A stretch of DNA of 64,000 nucleotides from Octopus vulgaris (lineage: Eukaryota). Made by a program: the position numbers and the translations under genes. Positions 13,147-25,888 of the stretch are shown here, one piece after another (the first letter of the stretch is position 1; every line of letters begins with the position of its first letter). Location of the stretch: the NCBI GenBank assembly GCA_951406725.2, contig OX597830.1:40734001-40798000 (forward strand), read 5' to 3'. The notes under the pieces were generated by a model, which made no database searches, was not told where the DNA came from, and saw nothing but the letters and a program-made list of their open reading frames with translations.

Positions 13147-14140
13147 TTTCTAGTTTCAGCTCAGAGCTGCGGCCATGCTGATGTTAGGGCAGTGGACTCA
13201 CAGTCATAAGATCGCAGTTTTGATTCCTAGACTGGGTGTTGTGAGTGTTTATATATGATATATATATATCATCTTTGTTTAACATCTGCTTTCTCTGATG
13301 GCATGGGTTGGATGGTTTGACTAGAACTGGCTAGCAGGGAGCTATCTAACCTCCAACTATCTGTTGTGGCATGGTTTCTACAGCTGGGTGACCTTCCTAA
13401 TGCTAACCACTTAACAGAGCATACTAGGTGCATTTCATGTGCCACTGGCATGAGTACATACATGCAGCAGTGACACGGGTGTTTTTTAAGTGGTACCCAC
13501 ACCTGAAAGGAAAAACCTGTATGTGTGGAAGACAGTGATTTTACTGAGCTTGATGCCTCTCATCAAGTACAGCAAATCATCACAAAGGGTAAGATCCAGG
13601 GATCTAAGTGTAGGATGTTTGTAAGCTTCAAGCAGTCTGTGGCACGTATAGAAAACAAAAGTGGACAGTGTACAGTCAGGAACAATAACAATTTATTGGC
13701 ATCGAAGGTTACACACTTTTCTCATATCAAAGTTACGAGGAAACTCAATAAGCTGAAACTTTCTGTGTAGCTCACAGCTAGCAACTAGATTTGCTATGAA
13801 TGTGAATATATATATATATATATATGTATGTATATGGAGTGTGTGTTTACCACCACTTGACAACCAGTGTTGGTTTGTTTATGTTCCCATAACTTATTGG
13901 ATTGGCAAATGAGACCAATAGAATAAGAACCTGGCTTTAAAAAAATAGTATTGGGGTCAATTTCTCCAATTAAACCCTTGAAAAAATATGTTCCAGCATG
14001 GTCACAGTCCAATGACTGAAACAAATAAAAAGTCGGAAGCAGGTAAAGTGCTACAACTCCTTATTTTGCAATTAGCGCCTTCTGTTGATAAGTCAGAATA
14101 AAACACTAACATCATCAATGACTTGATGTCAACCCAGTGT

Positions 14141-14506
14141 GGAGGCGCAATGGCCCAGTTGTTAGGGCAGTGGGCTTGCAGTCATAGGATCGCAGTTTTG
14201 ATTCCTAGACTGGGTGTTGTGAGTGTTTATTGAGTGAAAACACCTAAAGCTCCATGAAGTTCTGGTAGGGGGTGATGGCAACCCTGCTGTACTCTTTTAC
14301 CACAACTTTCTCTCACACTTACTTCCTGTTTCAGTTGTACCTGCATTTCAAAGGGCCAACCTTGTCATGCTGAATCTCCCTGAGAACTATACTAAGGGTA
14401 CACGTACATGTGGAGTGCTCAGCCACTTGCACATTAATTTCAAGAGCAGGCTGTTCCATTGATCAGATCAACTGGAACCCTCGTCGTCGTAACCGACGGA
14501 ATGCCA
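14141..14506 (+). mobile_element. tRNA-derived SINE (ggaggcgcaatggcccagtggttagggcag family)
   Basis: tRNA-like head; matching copies at 38307-38668 (+) and 37340-37560 (-). Confidence 0.85.
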
Positions 14507-15119
14507 TATAATGTCAAGCCAGTACAAAAAAATAAACACACATCACCTGAGCATCTACAAGCAGACACTGGCTGAAAATTAAGTAATTAAGTGGTATATA
14601 TAGTTATTAATCTGCAACTACTCAGCTGATGGTAAGATTTCATGTCTGCTAATTAAATCTAATATTTCTAATTATTCATATTTCATATGTATTAATGCTA
14701 ATGCTCCAGTTTCTAACATAATGCTGTATTTTTCTTTTTTGTTTCCTTTCTTTTATTATTTATAATGAGATACTAGAATAAAAGTGGAATTCAGCTGATA
14801 AAACGGACTGTGTAAACTCAATGCAGAGAAATAACAAAGATATTTTGGATGCGTGTTGTAAAGCACAGCAATTGCAAATCAGTTACAATAGTAAGAAATT
14901 TACTGGAAAAATTAGATTTATGACATACAAACAAACTTTCTGAACTAGGATTTTGGGATGCAGATGTGGCTGAGCCACATGGTTCTGAGTTCAGTCCCAC
15001 TGCATGGTACCTTTGGCAAGTGACTTCTACTGAAGCTTCAGGCAGACCAAAACCTTCTGAGTGGATTTGCTAGATGGAAACTGAAAGAAGCTTGTTATAT
15101 ATATAGATATGTATATGAG

Positions 15120-15700
15120 GTAGTGAAGCATGACCTTCGAACGTTAGGCCTCACAGAGGCAATGAGGAAAGACTAAAGCCTCTGGATTTATGCTGGCAAG
15201 GAAAATGAGATCACAGCTGTAGCCTACACCAGTGTCACATAATCAGCCCATTTAAGAAGTACCTTTGAATCATTGGGCAACATGCTGTGCTTGAGGAGAT
15301 CTATTGAGTCAAGTGAATCAAAATCAAATCAAATCACAATCAAAAGGAGATTGTAGTTGTGGCTGTTACCAGTGCTGGGAGCATGTGATAAGCACCATTC
15401 ATTCATGCATGGGTTGCTGCCAGAATCACCTGACTGGCTCCTGTGCAGGTGGCACATAAAAAGCACCATCCGAATGTGGTCAATGCCAGTGCTGCCTGAC
15501 TGGCTCCCTTGCCAGTGGCATGTAAAAAGCACCCACTGCACTCTCGGAGTGGTTGGCATCATGAAGGGCATCCAGCTGTAGAAACATTGCTAGATCAGAT
15601 TGGAACCTAGTGTGGCATCCTGCCTTGCCAGTCCCCAGTCAAACTGTCTAATCCATGCAAGCATGGAAAACGGACATTAAACGATGATGATGATGATGAT
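15120..15700 (+). mobile_element. RTE LINE 3' fragment with tail
   Basis: gaccttcgaacgttaggcctcacagaggcaatg homologous to 12430-12465, followed by the same tail. Confidence 0.75.
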
Positions 15701-16361
15701 ATATATATATGTGTGTGTGTGTGTTTGTCCCTTCCACCCCATCGCTTGACAACGGGTGTTGGTATGTTTGCGTCACTGTAACTTAGTGGTTTGGCAAACG
15801 AAACTGATAGAATAAGTACCAGGCTTAAAATAATAAGTACTGGGGTCAATTCATTCAAGTAAAAAAAAAATTGAAGGTGGTGCCCCATTATGGCCACAGC
15901 CTAATGACTGAAACAAGTAAAAGAAAAGAAAATGCATAACCTTCTAAGGATTATGGCATTTGATAGCAATCTCTGAAAGGGTTAAATATATGGCAGCATC
16001 CATTAGTCTTGAAAGACCATGGATCTGTGTCTGGAAAATCTTTGTTAGTCTTACTGACAAAGCAGCATCTGCTCTGTTTAAAGACACACTTATAGGAGAG
16101 ATAGGATTAGCTATACACAAGTATTCCGTTTATGCTAGAAACTTACTCTCTCTCTCTTTCGGAGAGGCACAAGCACCTACACGCACATATACACACACGG
16201 CAGTAACTTCCGCCTGCCGAATTCAATCACAAAGCTTCGGTCGGCTCGGGGCTATAGCAGAAGACACCTACCCAAAGTGCCACGCAGTGGGACTGAACCC
16301 GAAACCATATAGCCAGGAAGCAAGCTCCCTAACCACACAGCCATGCCCGCGCCTATTTGAG

Positions 16362-17472
16362 ATTAACACATTTATTACCATATTTTTTGCTGAAATTCAC
16401 TGCCTTCTTTTCAATTAATTTTGAAAATTATGAAGAATTTAGCAAAATAACTCTGTCAATGTTTTAGGCTGGTGTTTGAAACATAAATCAACATGAAATT
16501 CTGATGGAATGCTTTGATTTACATAACTTTAACCCTTTCGTTGCCGTATTTATTTTTCGTTGCCATATTTATTTTGAGATGTTCTGTGTTTCTTTCAATT
16601 AATTTTAAATATAACAAAGAATTTAGTAAAATAACTTAGTAATTATTATTAAGCTGGTGTTAGGGACATAAATTGTGACTAAGGTTTGGTGGAAGATTTC
16701 AATTAGGAACTTTTGTAAACAAACATTTGTACTATAGAGCCAGAGGCGGTTTCAGCAGGATTGGTATCGAAAGGGTTAAAGCAAGAAATTTGGATTAAAG
16801 AATCAAGAGCATCTTAGGTGAGTTACAAAACAAACTGACTGATAGAGTCATACAATATTTAACCCTTTTGATACCAACCCAGCTGAAACCGCCTCTGGTT
16901 CTGTAGTAAAAATGTCATGGTCTCAAAAGTTCTAAATTAAAATCTTCCACCAAACCTTAGTCACAATTTATGTTCCTAACACTAGCTTAATGATAACTAA
17001 GCTATTTTGCAAAATTCTTTGTCATATTTAACCCTTTTGATACCAACCCAGCTGAAACCACCTCTGGCTCTGTAGTAAAAATGTCATGTTCTCAAAAGTT
17101 CTAAATTAAAATCTTCCACCAAACCTTAGTCACAATTTATGTTGCTAACACTAGCTTAATGATAACTAAGCTATTTTGCTAAATTCTTTGTTATATTTAA
17201 AATTAATTGAAAGAAACACCGAGCTTCTCAAAATAAATACAGTAATGAAAGGGTTAACCCCTTTGTTACCATATTTCTGTTGAGATACATTGACTTTGTT
17301 TTAATCGATTTTGAAAATAAAGAAGAATTTAGTAAAGTAACATTGCTGATGTTTGAAATATAAATCAACGTGAAATTTGGATGGAAAATTTTAATTTATA
17401 TTGCTTTTAAACAGGAAGTTCATATCAAAGCACAAAGGGATGTCTCTTGGGAATTGGTATCAAAATGGTTGA
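16362..17472. mobile_element. Nested/tandem cluster of ~5 piggyBac-like MITEs (TTAA-flanked, CCC...GGG ends)
   Basis: TTAA|ccctttcgttg...ggtatcgaaaggg|TTAA at 16533-16775; opposite-orientation copies at 16863 and 17032-17253; further copies at 16362 and 17258. Confidence 0.85.
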
Positions 17473-17769
17473 ACTCTTGATGTCAACCCTCCTGAGTTAG
17501 ATTGTAAGAAAAGCAGATAATTTGCCTCTAGCTGCTGTTGGATGGCACTTCTATTTTATCTTACACTTGTTTCAGTCATTGGAATGTGGCCATGCTGGAG
17601 CATTGCCTTGAAGGGTTTTACTTAAATGAATTGCCCACCCATCTGTACTTATTTTTATCTAAGGCTGGTACTTATTCTTTCCATCTTTTTTGCTGGGATG
17701 TAAACAAAACAACACCAGTTTTCATGTAGAGGTGGAAGACAAACACAAATAAACATACATTTCTATGGG

Positions 17770-17970
17770 TACAGGAGTGGCTGTGTGGTAAGAAGCTTTA
17801 TTCTCAACCCCATGGTTCTGGGTTCAGTCCCACAGTGTGGTACCTTGTGTCTTCTACTACAGCCTCGGGCTGACCTAAGCTTTGTGAGTGGATTTGGTAG
17901 ACAGAAACTGAAAGAAGCCCGTCATGTACACGTGTGTGTGTGTGTGTGAGAGTGTGTTCGTGTGTGAGTG

Positions 17971-18025
<55 letters not shown>

Positions 18026-18235
18026 TTGTGTGTCTGTGTTTGTCCCCCCCCCACTACTGCTTGACAACCAATATTGGTGTGTTTACGTACCCATAACTTA
18101 GCAGTTCAGCAAAAGAGACTGATAGAATGAGTACTAGGCTTCCAAAGAATAAGTCCTGGGGTTGATTAGTTTGACTAAAGGTGGTGCTTCAGCATGGCCA
18201 CAGTCAAATGACTAAAACAATAAAACAATAAAAGA
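17770..18235 (+). mobile_element. tRNA-derived SINE with internal (TG)n (ggagtggctgtgtggtaag family)
   Basis: Same structure as the full copy at 59338-59770. Confidence 0.85.
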
Positions 18236-21200
18236 ATATCTATATACAACAGGCTTCTTCCAGTTTCCATCTACTGAATCTCCTATGGGCTACAGGAGAA
18301 GATACATGTCCAAGGTAGCACACAATAGGATTGAACCTGAGCCCACATGGTTTGGAAACAGGCTTCTTGACTACACAGTCACATCTGTGCCTATACTGTG
18401 CCTAACAGTATCTATCACCTGCCACACATCATCGACAGAAGGCCTTGTAAAGGAGATACATGGCCAGCCCCTAAATAATAGAAGAGGAGAAACTTCAGAA
18501 AAACCTTAATAAAAGGAGAAACATCAAAGTCAGGAATGGAGAAACATATGATGAAAGCAAGGAAAACTTATATTGCTGTGGAATGAAATTTCCATTATAG
18601 GCAAAGACCCACAGAGGAGAAGCGGAAAAATCAAAGAAACAAGACATGCTGTAGCGCTTGCTGATAACAACAGCAGCACTGACAGCAGCTGCTATTGTTG
18701 AAAGATAAAAATTTAAATAACATGAACTTGCAAAAATAATTGTACATGCACCGTTGACTTAAGTGAATAAAGACATTACACTCTTTTGTTTATAAATAAT
18801 GGCTCCTGTGTGGTTGGTTTAATAGCATGTAATATATATTAATAGCATCAATATTGCTGTTGTTTTTCTATCAAAATAGCAGATCATTAATTAAATTAGA
18901 GCTGACAGGGCAAAACTGATGACATTTTTAGAATCTGTGTCCTTGCTATACCCAAGAATAGATCAAACCTCAAAGGTACCAAAATGTAATGTGAAACTCA
19001 GGTTTCTAATTTCAGTGCATGAAGAATAAAGACACATGAGAATATAAAGGAATATATAGGGAATGGATAGTGATATACAGGAATATGTAGGGATATTGTT
19101 GTTGGGGGGGGGGGGTTATTTTTGTTTTCTTTGCTTGATTCAGTCACTGGACAGTGGTGATTTCTGGGGCATTTCCTTAAAGGGTTTTAGTTAAACAAAT
19201 CAACCCCAGTATTCATTCTGTTGGTCACTTTTGCCAAACCACTAAGTATGAGTGTATGTGTCGTTGTTCTTGTCCCCAACTACTGCTTGACAACCAGTGT
19301 TGGTGTGTTTACATCCTTGTAACTTAGCAGTTTGGCAAAAGGGGAAGATAGAATAAGTAGGAGGCTTTACAAAATAATAATAAGCACTGGAGTCAATTTG
19401 TTTGACTAAAATTCTTCAAGGTGATGCCCCAGCATGGCCGCAGTGTAATGACTGAAATAATAAAAGAATAAACTTGCATCATAAAATAAATTGTCTTTGC
19501 ATTTATTTTTCGTTCTTTATGTTCCACAACAACCAAATCCTCACACTAAACAGTCTTCTGAGTAGTATTCTATCTTACTTAGTGTGGATATATCATAGAA
19601 AGCCATAAAACTGTAGTGTTCAGCTCAAGAAAGCACCTCATATAGATGTATAGTGCTAAAAAGTACAGAAACATAATATCGGATGGAAAGCATCCAACAG
19701 TAGCAGTAGAATTGCTAAATCTAGATTTCTGTATCTTTGCACATCATCAGTAGTTAGTATTCACTATCACCTGCATGCTTAGACAAATTTAGCTTCTACT
19801 GATATAAAAAAAAAAACACTGATTGATAAATTACTGTTACTGCAAATAGTTGGCAGGCTAACTAAAAATTCATTATTAGCAACAGAATCCATATTAGATC
19901 AAAATAGTATTCTGTATATCATACTTTATGCAGATATACTGTACAAAGAAGCAATATCTAAACCTGTACTAAACAGTTTTCTCAACCCTTTCTCTGCCCT
20001 CTCCAGTTATATATGGGAGTTGCAAGACAGTGGTAAGGCAGCAAGCTGGCAGAATCATTAGCACACCAGGTAAAATGCTTAGCAGTATTTCATCTGTCCT
20101 GATGTTCTAAGTTCAAATTCTGCCAAGGTCGATTTTGCCTTTCATCCTTTCAGGGTCATTAAAATAAGTACCAGCTGAGCACTGGGATCGATGTAATTGA
20201 CTTAACTACTCCTGAGTATGAATATAAAAACTGCTCCCTCTGCCAATTCATGCCGAGCCAGTGTTGCAAAGAAGTTTGTCAAACGGGTACAATCTCAAGC
20301 TCAAATTCACAGCCTACATATCAGACTGTGGTTAGTGGAAATAACATGCTGAAGCCTTTCATTTTACAGTGAACTGAACATGAGCAACCCAATCCAATCC
20401 AAGATAGAGGTACCAATACTTTCAACATTAAATTACTAACTGTATTGTAGTAAACACATACAAATGGTTCTAGGTATTGCTTGGCACTGCAGCAGGGAAA
20501 ATATATAATTTATTATTACCAATTCAACTTATTCTACAAACTATTTAAATAAAAGATTGGAAAATTTCTGCAGATACGGTCACAAAAATTAGCTTTGGTA
20601 AATTATAACAGAGTAATTGTACCCAACTGACTCACTCATTCATACACTGCAACATCAGAAGGTTTTTATAGTAAATCAGATATTTACAATGTGCTCATTC
20701 GAGATGTTGTATTAACTACTTTGCATCTCAGGATTATTGTTATTGTACTATTCAATATTCTCTATTCTGATGCAACATTATATTTATGATAATATTCACC
20801 CTTACCCCTTATTTTATTTTATAATATATATAGTTACTGCTTGTGCAAGATATTTTCTTATTTGACATAACACAAATTCTATGTCCAATTGGAAATATAC
20901 CTTACTTTTAACCCTGTCACTAAACACCAGTAATTTAGCCATAACATGTGAAATACTTCTTTATGAAGAGGTCTTCTAGGAATTGCCTTTCTTGGAATGG
21001 AATTTAAAATAATGGAGAAGTCAGTTTAAACTAATATATTAAAATAAATATTCTCTCTATATATTGCATGTGCTTTACTTTGTTCATAATATTACTTTGA
21101 AGGTGGCGAGCTGGTAGAAAAGCTGGGCGAAATGCTTGGCGGTATTTTGTCTGTCTTTACATTCTGAGTTCAAATTCCTCCGAGGTCAACTTTGCCTTTC

Positions 21201-21335
21201 ATCCTTTCGGGTATTGATAAATTCAGTACCAGTTGCATACTGGTATCGATCTAATCGACTGGCACCCACCCACAAAATTTCAGGCCTTGCGCCTGGAGTA
21301 GAAAAGCATAATATTACTTGAAAATATAAATACAT

Positions 21336-21405
<70 letters not shown>

Positions 21406-21414
21406 ATGACTTTT

Positions 21415-21497
21415 ACAGTGACTTCAAAGTCTTGGTCTAGTTGCCTTCATCAAATAGTCTGACAAAAGCAACTAAGCCAAGACTTTGAAGTCACTGT
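21415..21497 (-). other. 83-nt hairpin (38-bp stem, 7-nt loop); candidate pre-miRNA, hpRNA or tiny MITE
   Basis: 21-bp perfect outer arms acagtgacttcaaagtcttgg / ccaagactttgaagtcactgt; inner mismatches become G-U pairs on the minus strand. Confidence 0.55.
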
Positions 21498-21789
21498 CAA
21501 CCTTTTCCTTGTAAAAATAGAAAAATACAATTCTCTGCTTAAAGTTAGATGATACCTCAATTAATGTTTTTATTTATAACTGAGCATAAAATCATGTTGT
21601 CTATTCACTAGCAGTTGGAAGGTGACTAAACTGAAGAAGTAATCATGGCCTGCCCACCTAGCCTGCATGGTGGCTTTATTTGAAAGCTACAACAAGGTGA
21701 AGAAATGGGTCAATCAGGCTGCTCCATGGTGGCAGAGTGAAATCCAAGTGATCAGAGGTTGCTAAGAATCTCAAGTGCCCATGGGCCAC

Positions 21790-22550
21790 TAAGGAATTAG
21801 TTAATGACCCTTGCATATGTACCTACAACTGCAGGGCTTTGGCAGGGAGAACTGGAATGACCAGGCTAATGGGGGAGAAAAAGGAAATATAATGCGATGT
21901 GCTAAGGCTCAGTGAAAGACAGACGGAAGTGTTATGTGAGTGGGAAAAGTAGAAGGCATGAGAACAACAGGCAGTAAAGGGCTCATCGTAAGCAAAGAAT
22001 GGGCTTTAATCGTATTCTCTACAAATTAGAGTGCTAAATATTCATCTCTAATGAAATGCCTCTGTGAAGACCATCCAGACCTATACTCTGACAAATTCTA
22101 GCAAAAGATGATGAAACGCAAAAACTCTGCCTAGATTTAGAGAAAGCACCAACTAAACAAGTCCACTTACACCATAATGGAAAAGGATAGCAGGAAAAGA
22201 ATTATGTTGGAAAGTTTGGGTCGAGAGACAGAACTGGAAAAAGACAATGATTGGTTTCCATGACAGAAGCAAGAAAACTTTACATAAGAAACATCCTATT
22301 CAGAGAGCAATCTGAAAGGAGAGGAATGTGGACAGCCCCAAACACTCAGTGCAGGAATGAAATTGACCACACACTAGTCAACAAATAACACATACTGTAG
22401 GACATCTTGCTGATAGCACCATTCAACACTGGCAGCAACCATTGCTTGTTATAAGCAAAGTGTGTAACCAACGAAATTAGAGAGAAAAAGGCTCTGCACA
22501 TCTTGATGAAGAATCAGCTTCTCAATGTCTTCCATGTGATGCAATTGCAG
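21790..22550 (+). mobile_element. Highly degraded RTE-type APE endonuclease region
   Basis: Remnant motifs ICTYNCR, WTAPNTQCRNEIDHTLVN, FNTGSNH (SDH-like). Confidence 0.7.
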
Positions 22551-22649
22551 GATGCTCTCATCATTATGTGCATGTGTGTGTGTGTATGTGCATATATATA
22601 TATATATACATATATTTTATTATCATTTGAGTAAATGCACAGAGAACTT

Positions 22650-22744
<95 letters not shown>

Positions 22745-22745
<1 letters not shown>

Positions 22746-23240
22746 CAAGGTAAGTGAAATCAAATCAAAATCGCTGACGTGGCTGATGACGTGCTGGTGG
22801 AACGTTAAAAGCACATCCAAATGTGATCGTTGCTAGGGCCACAGATTGACTCCCGTGCCGGTGGCATGTGAAAAGCACCATTCGAGCGTGATCATTGCCA
22901 GCATCGCCTTACCAACACATGTGCCAGTGGCACATGAAAAATAACATTCGAGCGTGGTTGTTGCCAGTGCTGCCAGACTGGCTCCCGTGCAGGTAGCACA
23001 TTAAAAACACCTTTTGACCATGGTCGTTGCCAGAACTGCCTGACTGGCCCTCATGCCAGTAGCATGTAAAAGCACCCACTACACTCTCGTAGTAGTTGGC
23101 ATTAGGAAGGGCAGTCAGCTGTAGAAACTTTGCCAGATCAGATTGGAGACTGGTGCAGCCTACTGGCTTGCCAGTTCTCAGTCAAACCGTCCAACCCATG
23201 CCAACATTGAAAATGGACGTTAAGCGACAACGATGATGAT
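22745..23240 (+). mobile_element. RTE 3' UTR tail with ~60-bp tandem units
   Basis: Homologous to 12620-13095. Confidence 0.8.
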
Positions 23241-23254
23241 ATATATATATATAC

Positions 23255-23315
<61 letters not shown>

Positions 23316-23361
23316 TATAGATAGATAGATAGATGCTGATGATGATGTATGTGTGTGTGCG

Positions 23362-23392
<31 letters not shown>

Positions 23393-24195
23393 TTACATAC
23401 ACATACAAGCACACAGTCGTCGTCGTCGTCACAAATCAAACTATTTGTAAGAATATTTTGAATTCTCAAGTGGCTGACAACTAAGCATTCATGTAACACA
23501 ATCATTTACATTCTAAAACAAAATTTTTTTCTTTAAATAATGAGAATAATTTCTTTTTTTCTTTTTGTTTTTACCCTCATCATCATATATCAAAAAGACA
23601 AGTAGGCAGATATTTGATAGGATTATACAATAACATTACACTCAAGAAGTTTGTATTGCTAATGTGCTTACTCAGAAATTTTGTTTATTTCAAACTAATT
23701 GTTGCTGTTTATGTAATTTCAGCTTTAAAGCAAAAAAAAAAAGAGAGATTTATAACTTATTCTACATCATCTGGCTGAAATCTTCAGACAACTGAAAATT
23801 TTACACAGTTGTATATCTCCTTCCTGGCACGTAGAGTTCAAGTTGGTTCAATCAATGGAACAGCTTGCTTGTGAAATTAATGTACACACTCTTTTACTCT
23901 CTTTTACTTGTTTCAGTCATTTAACTGCGGCCATGCTGGAGCACCGCCTTTAGTCGAGCAAATCGACCCCGGGACTTATTCTTTGTAAGCCCAGTACTTA
24001 TTCTATCGGTCTCTTTTGCCGAACCGCTAAGTACATATGGCTGAGTATTCCACAGACACATGTACCCTTAACATAATTCACAGGGAGGTTTGGCATGACA
24101 CAGAATGTAACAAGGCTGGCCCCTTTGAAATACAGGTGCCACTCATTTTTGCCAGAGAAGTTAATAATTGTTTATTATTAACAACAAACCATCAA

Positions 24196-24277
24196 CCCTT
24201 ACAGCTGTTTCAGTTAAAACTCAGTGTATTATTTAAATATTAAATTCATATACAATGAGCATAATATGTTCAGAGGG
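24196..24277 (-). ncRNA. Degenerate type-I hammerhead motif in a putative Penelope-like fragment
   Basis: ccct-CTGAACA-...-GAAA-CAGCTG-TA-aggg; G8 mutated; sister copy at 37681-37776. Confidence 0.55.
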
Positions 24278-24364
24278 GAAAAAATATACCCTTTGATGTT
24301 TTATATATGTGTTTATGGATTCATTATATGAGACTGAATTATCCCTTCAAGAGGCTCTAATACA

Positions 24365-24850
24365 ATCATCATCATCATCATCATCATTTAGCGTCCGCTT
24401 TCCATGCTAGCATGGGTTGGACGGTTCAACTGGGGTCTGTGAAGCCAGAAGGCTACATCAGGCCCAGTCTTATCTGGCAGTGTTTCTACGGCTGAATGCC
24501 CTTCCTAACGCCAACCACTCCGTGAATGTAGTGGGTGCTTTTTACGTGCCACCCGCACGGGGGCCAGTCGAGGCTGGCAAACGGCCACGAACGGATGGTG
24601 CTTTTACGTGCCACCGGACGGGGGCCAGGCAAGGCTGGCAACGGCCATGAACGGATGGTGCTTTTACGTGCCACATGCACGGGGGCAAGGCGAGGCTGGC
24701 AACGGCCATGAACGGATGGTGCTTTTTATGTGCCACTGGCACGGAGGCCAGTCGGGGTGGCGCTGGCAACGGCCACAATTGGATGGTTCGCTTACTTGTC
24801 ACCGGCACTGGTATCACAGCTGCAATTTCCATTGATGTTGATCGACTTCA
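24365..24850 (-). mobile_element. Young RTE 3' tail with 4-5 tandem ~60-bp units, CpG-rich
   Basis: Repeated ggtgcttttacgtgccac...ggctggcaacggcca.gaacggat; (CAT)n at the left end. Confidence 0.85.
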
Positions 24851-25214
24851 ATATATACACATATATATATATACATACATAACTGCCACTTCATTTATTA
24901 CAATGATGAGGGTTCCAGTTGATTCAATCAACAGAACAGTCTGCTCATGAAATTAATGTACATGTGGCTGAGTACTCCACTGACACATGTACCCATAACG
25001 TAGTTCTCAGGGAGATTCAGCATGACACAGAATGCTACAAGGTTGGTCCTTTGAATTACTGGTAGACCTCATTTTTGCCAGCTGAACAGAATGGGGCAAT
25101 GTGAAATAAAGTGTCTTGCTCACAGACACAAACTGCTGCCAGGAATCAAACTCACAACCTTACAATCATGAGAGGAATAATCTAACCACTAAGCCACAAG
25201 CTGCACATTTAATA

Positions 25215-25274
<60 letters not shown>

Positions 25275-25503
25275 ATATATATTTCTTATTTATTTGTTTA
25301 AGTAATTTGACTGTGGCCATGCTGGAGCACCATCTTTAGTCAAGCAAATCGTTCTCAGGATTTATTATTTGTGAGCCTAGTACTTATTCTATTGGTCTGT
25401 TTTGCTGAACCGCTAAGTTACTGAGACACAAGCGCGCCAACATTGGTTATCAAGTGATGTTTGAGGGAGGGGACACAGACACAAACATATACACGCACAT
25501 ACA

Positions 25504-25556
<53 letters not shown>

Positions 25557-25707
25557 GGCTTCTTTCATCTACCAAATCCCCTCACAAGGCTTTGGTCAGC
25601 CCGAGGTTATAGTAGAAGACACTTGTCCAAGGTGCCACACAGTGGTCCTGAACCCAGAACTATGTGGTTGGTTAGCAAGCTATTTACCACACAGCCACTC
25701 TTGTGCC

Positions 25708-25754
<47 letters not shown>

Positions 25755-25850
25755 CGGGAAGCTTTATGAAAATAAACAAAAGACGAAGGCAGGTGGAATA
25801 CAAACAAACAATTGTATTAGTATGGCACTCAGGAATATAAATAAAACAAG

Positions 25851-25888
25851 TCTTTTACGTTTCGAGCCTACGCTCTTCAACAGAAAGA
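25851..25888 (-). ncRNA. Minimal type-I hammerhead motif (A6U core change, extra A, palindromic helix III)
   Basis: tcttt-CTGTTGA-A-GAGC-gtag-GCTC-GAAA-CG-TA-aaaga, inside a TA-flanked repeat at ~25753-25955. Confidence 0.6.

Noticed and set aside
13690-13790. Hammerhead-like gaggaaactcaataagctgaaac
   Set aside because: No CUGANGA and no convincing helices
20900-20950. Candidate AARSD1 first exon (ATG...gtaag on minus)
   Set aside because: Peptides MAKLLVFSDRVK or MLWLNYWCLVTGLK do not resemble MAF.CQ.DSY
23755-23785. Acceptor followed by PDD, like the next AARSD1 exon
   Set aside because: Stop after five codons and lies upstream of the identified exon
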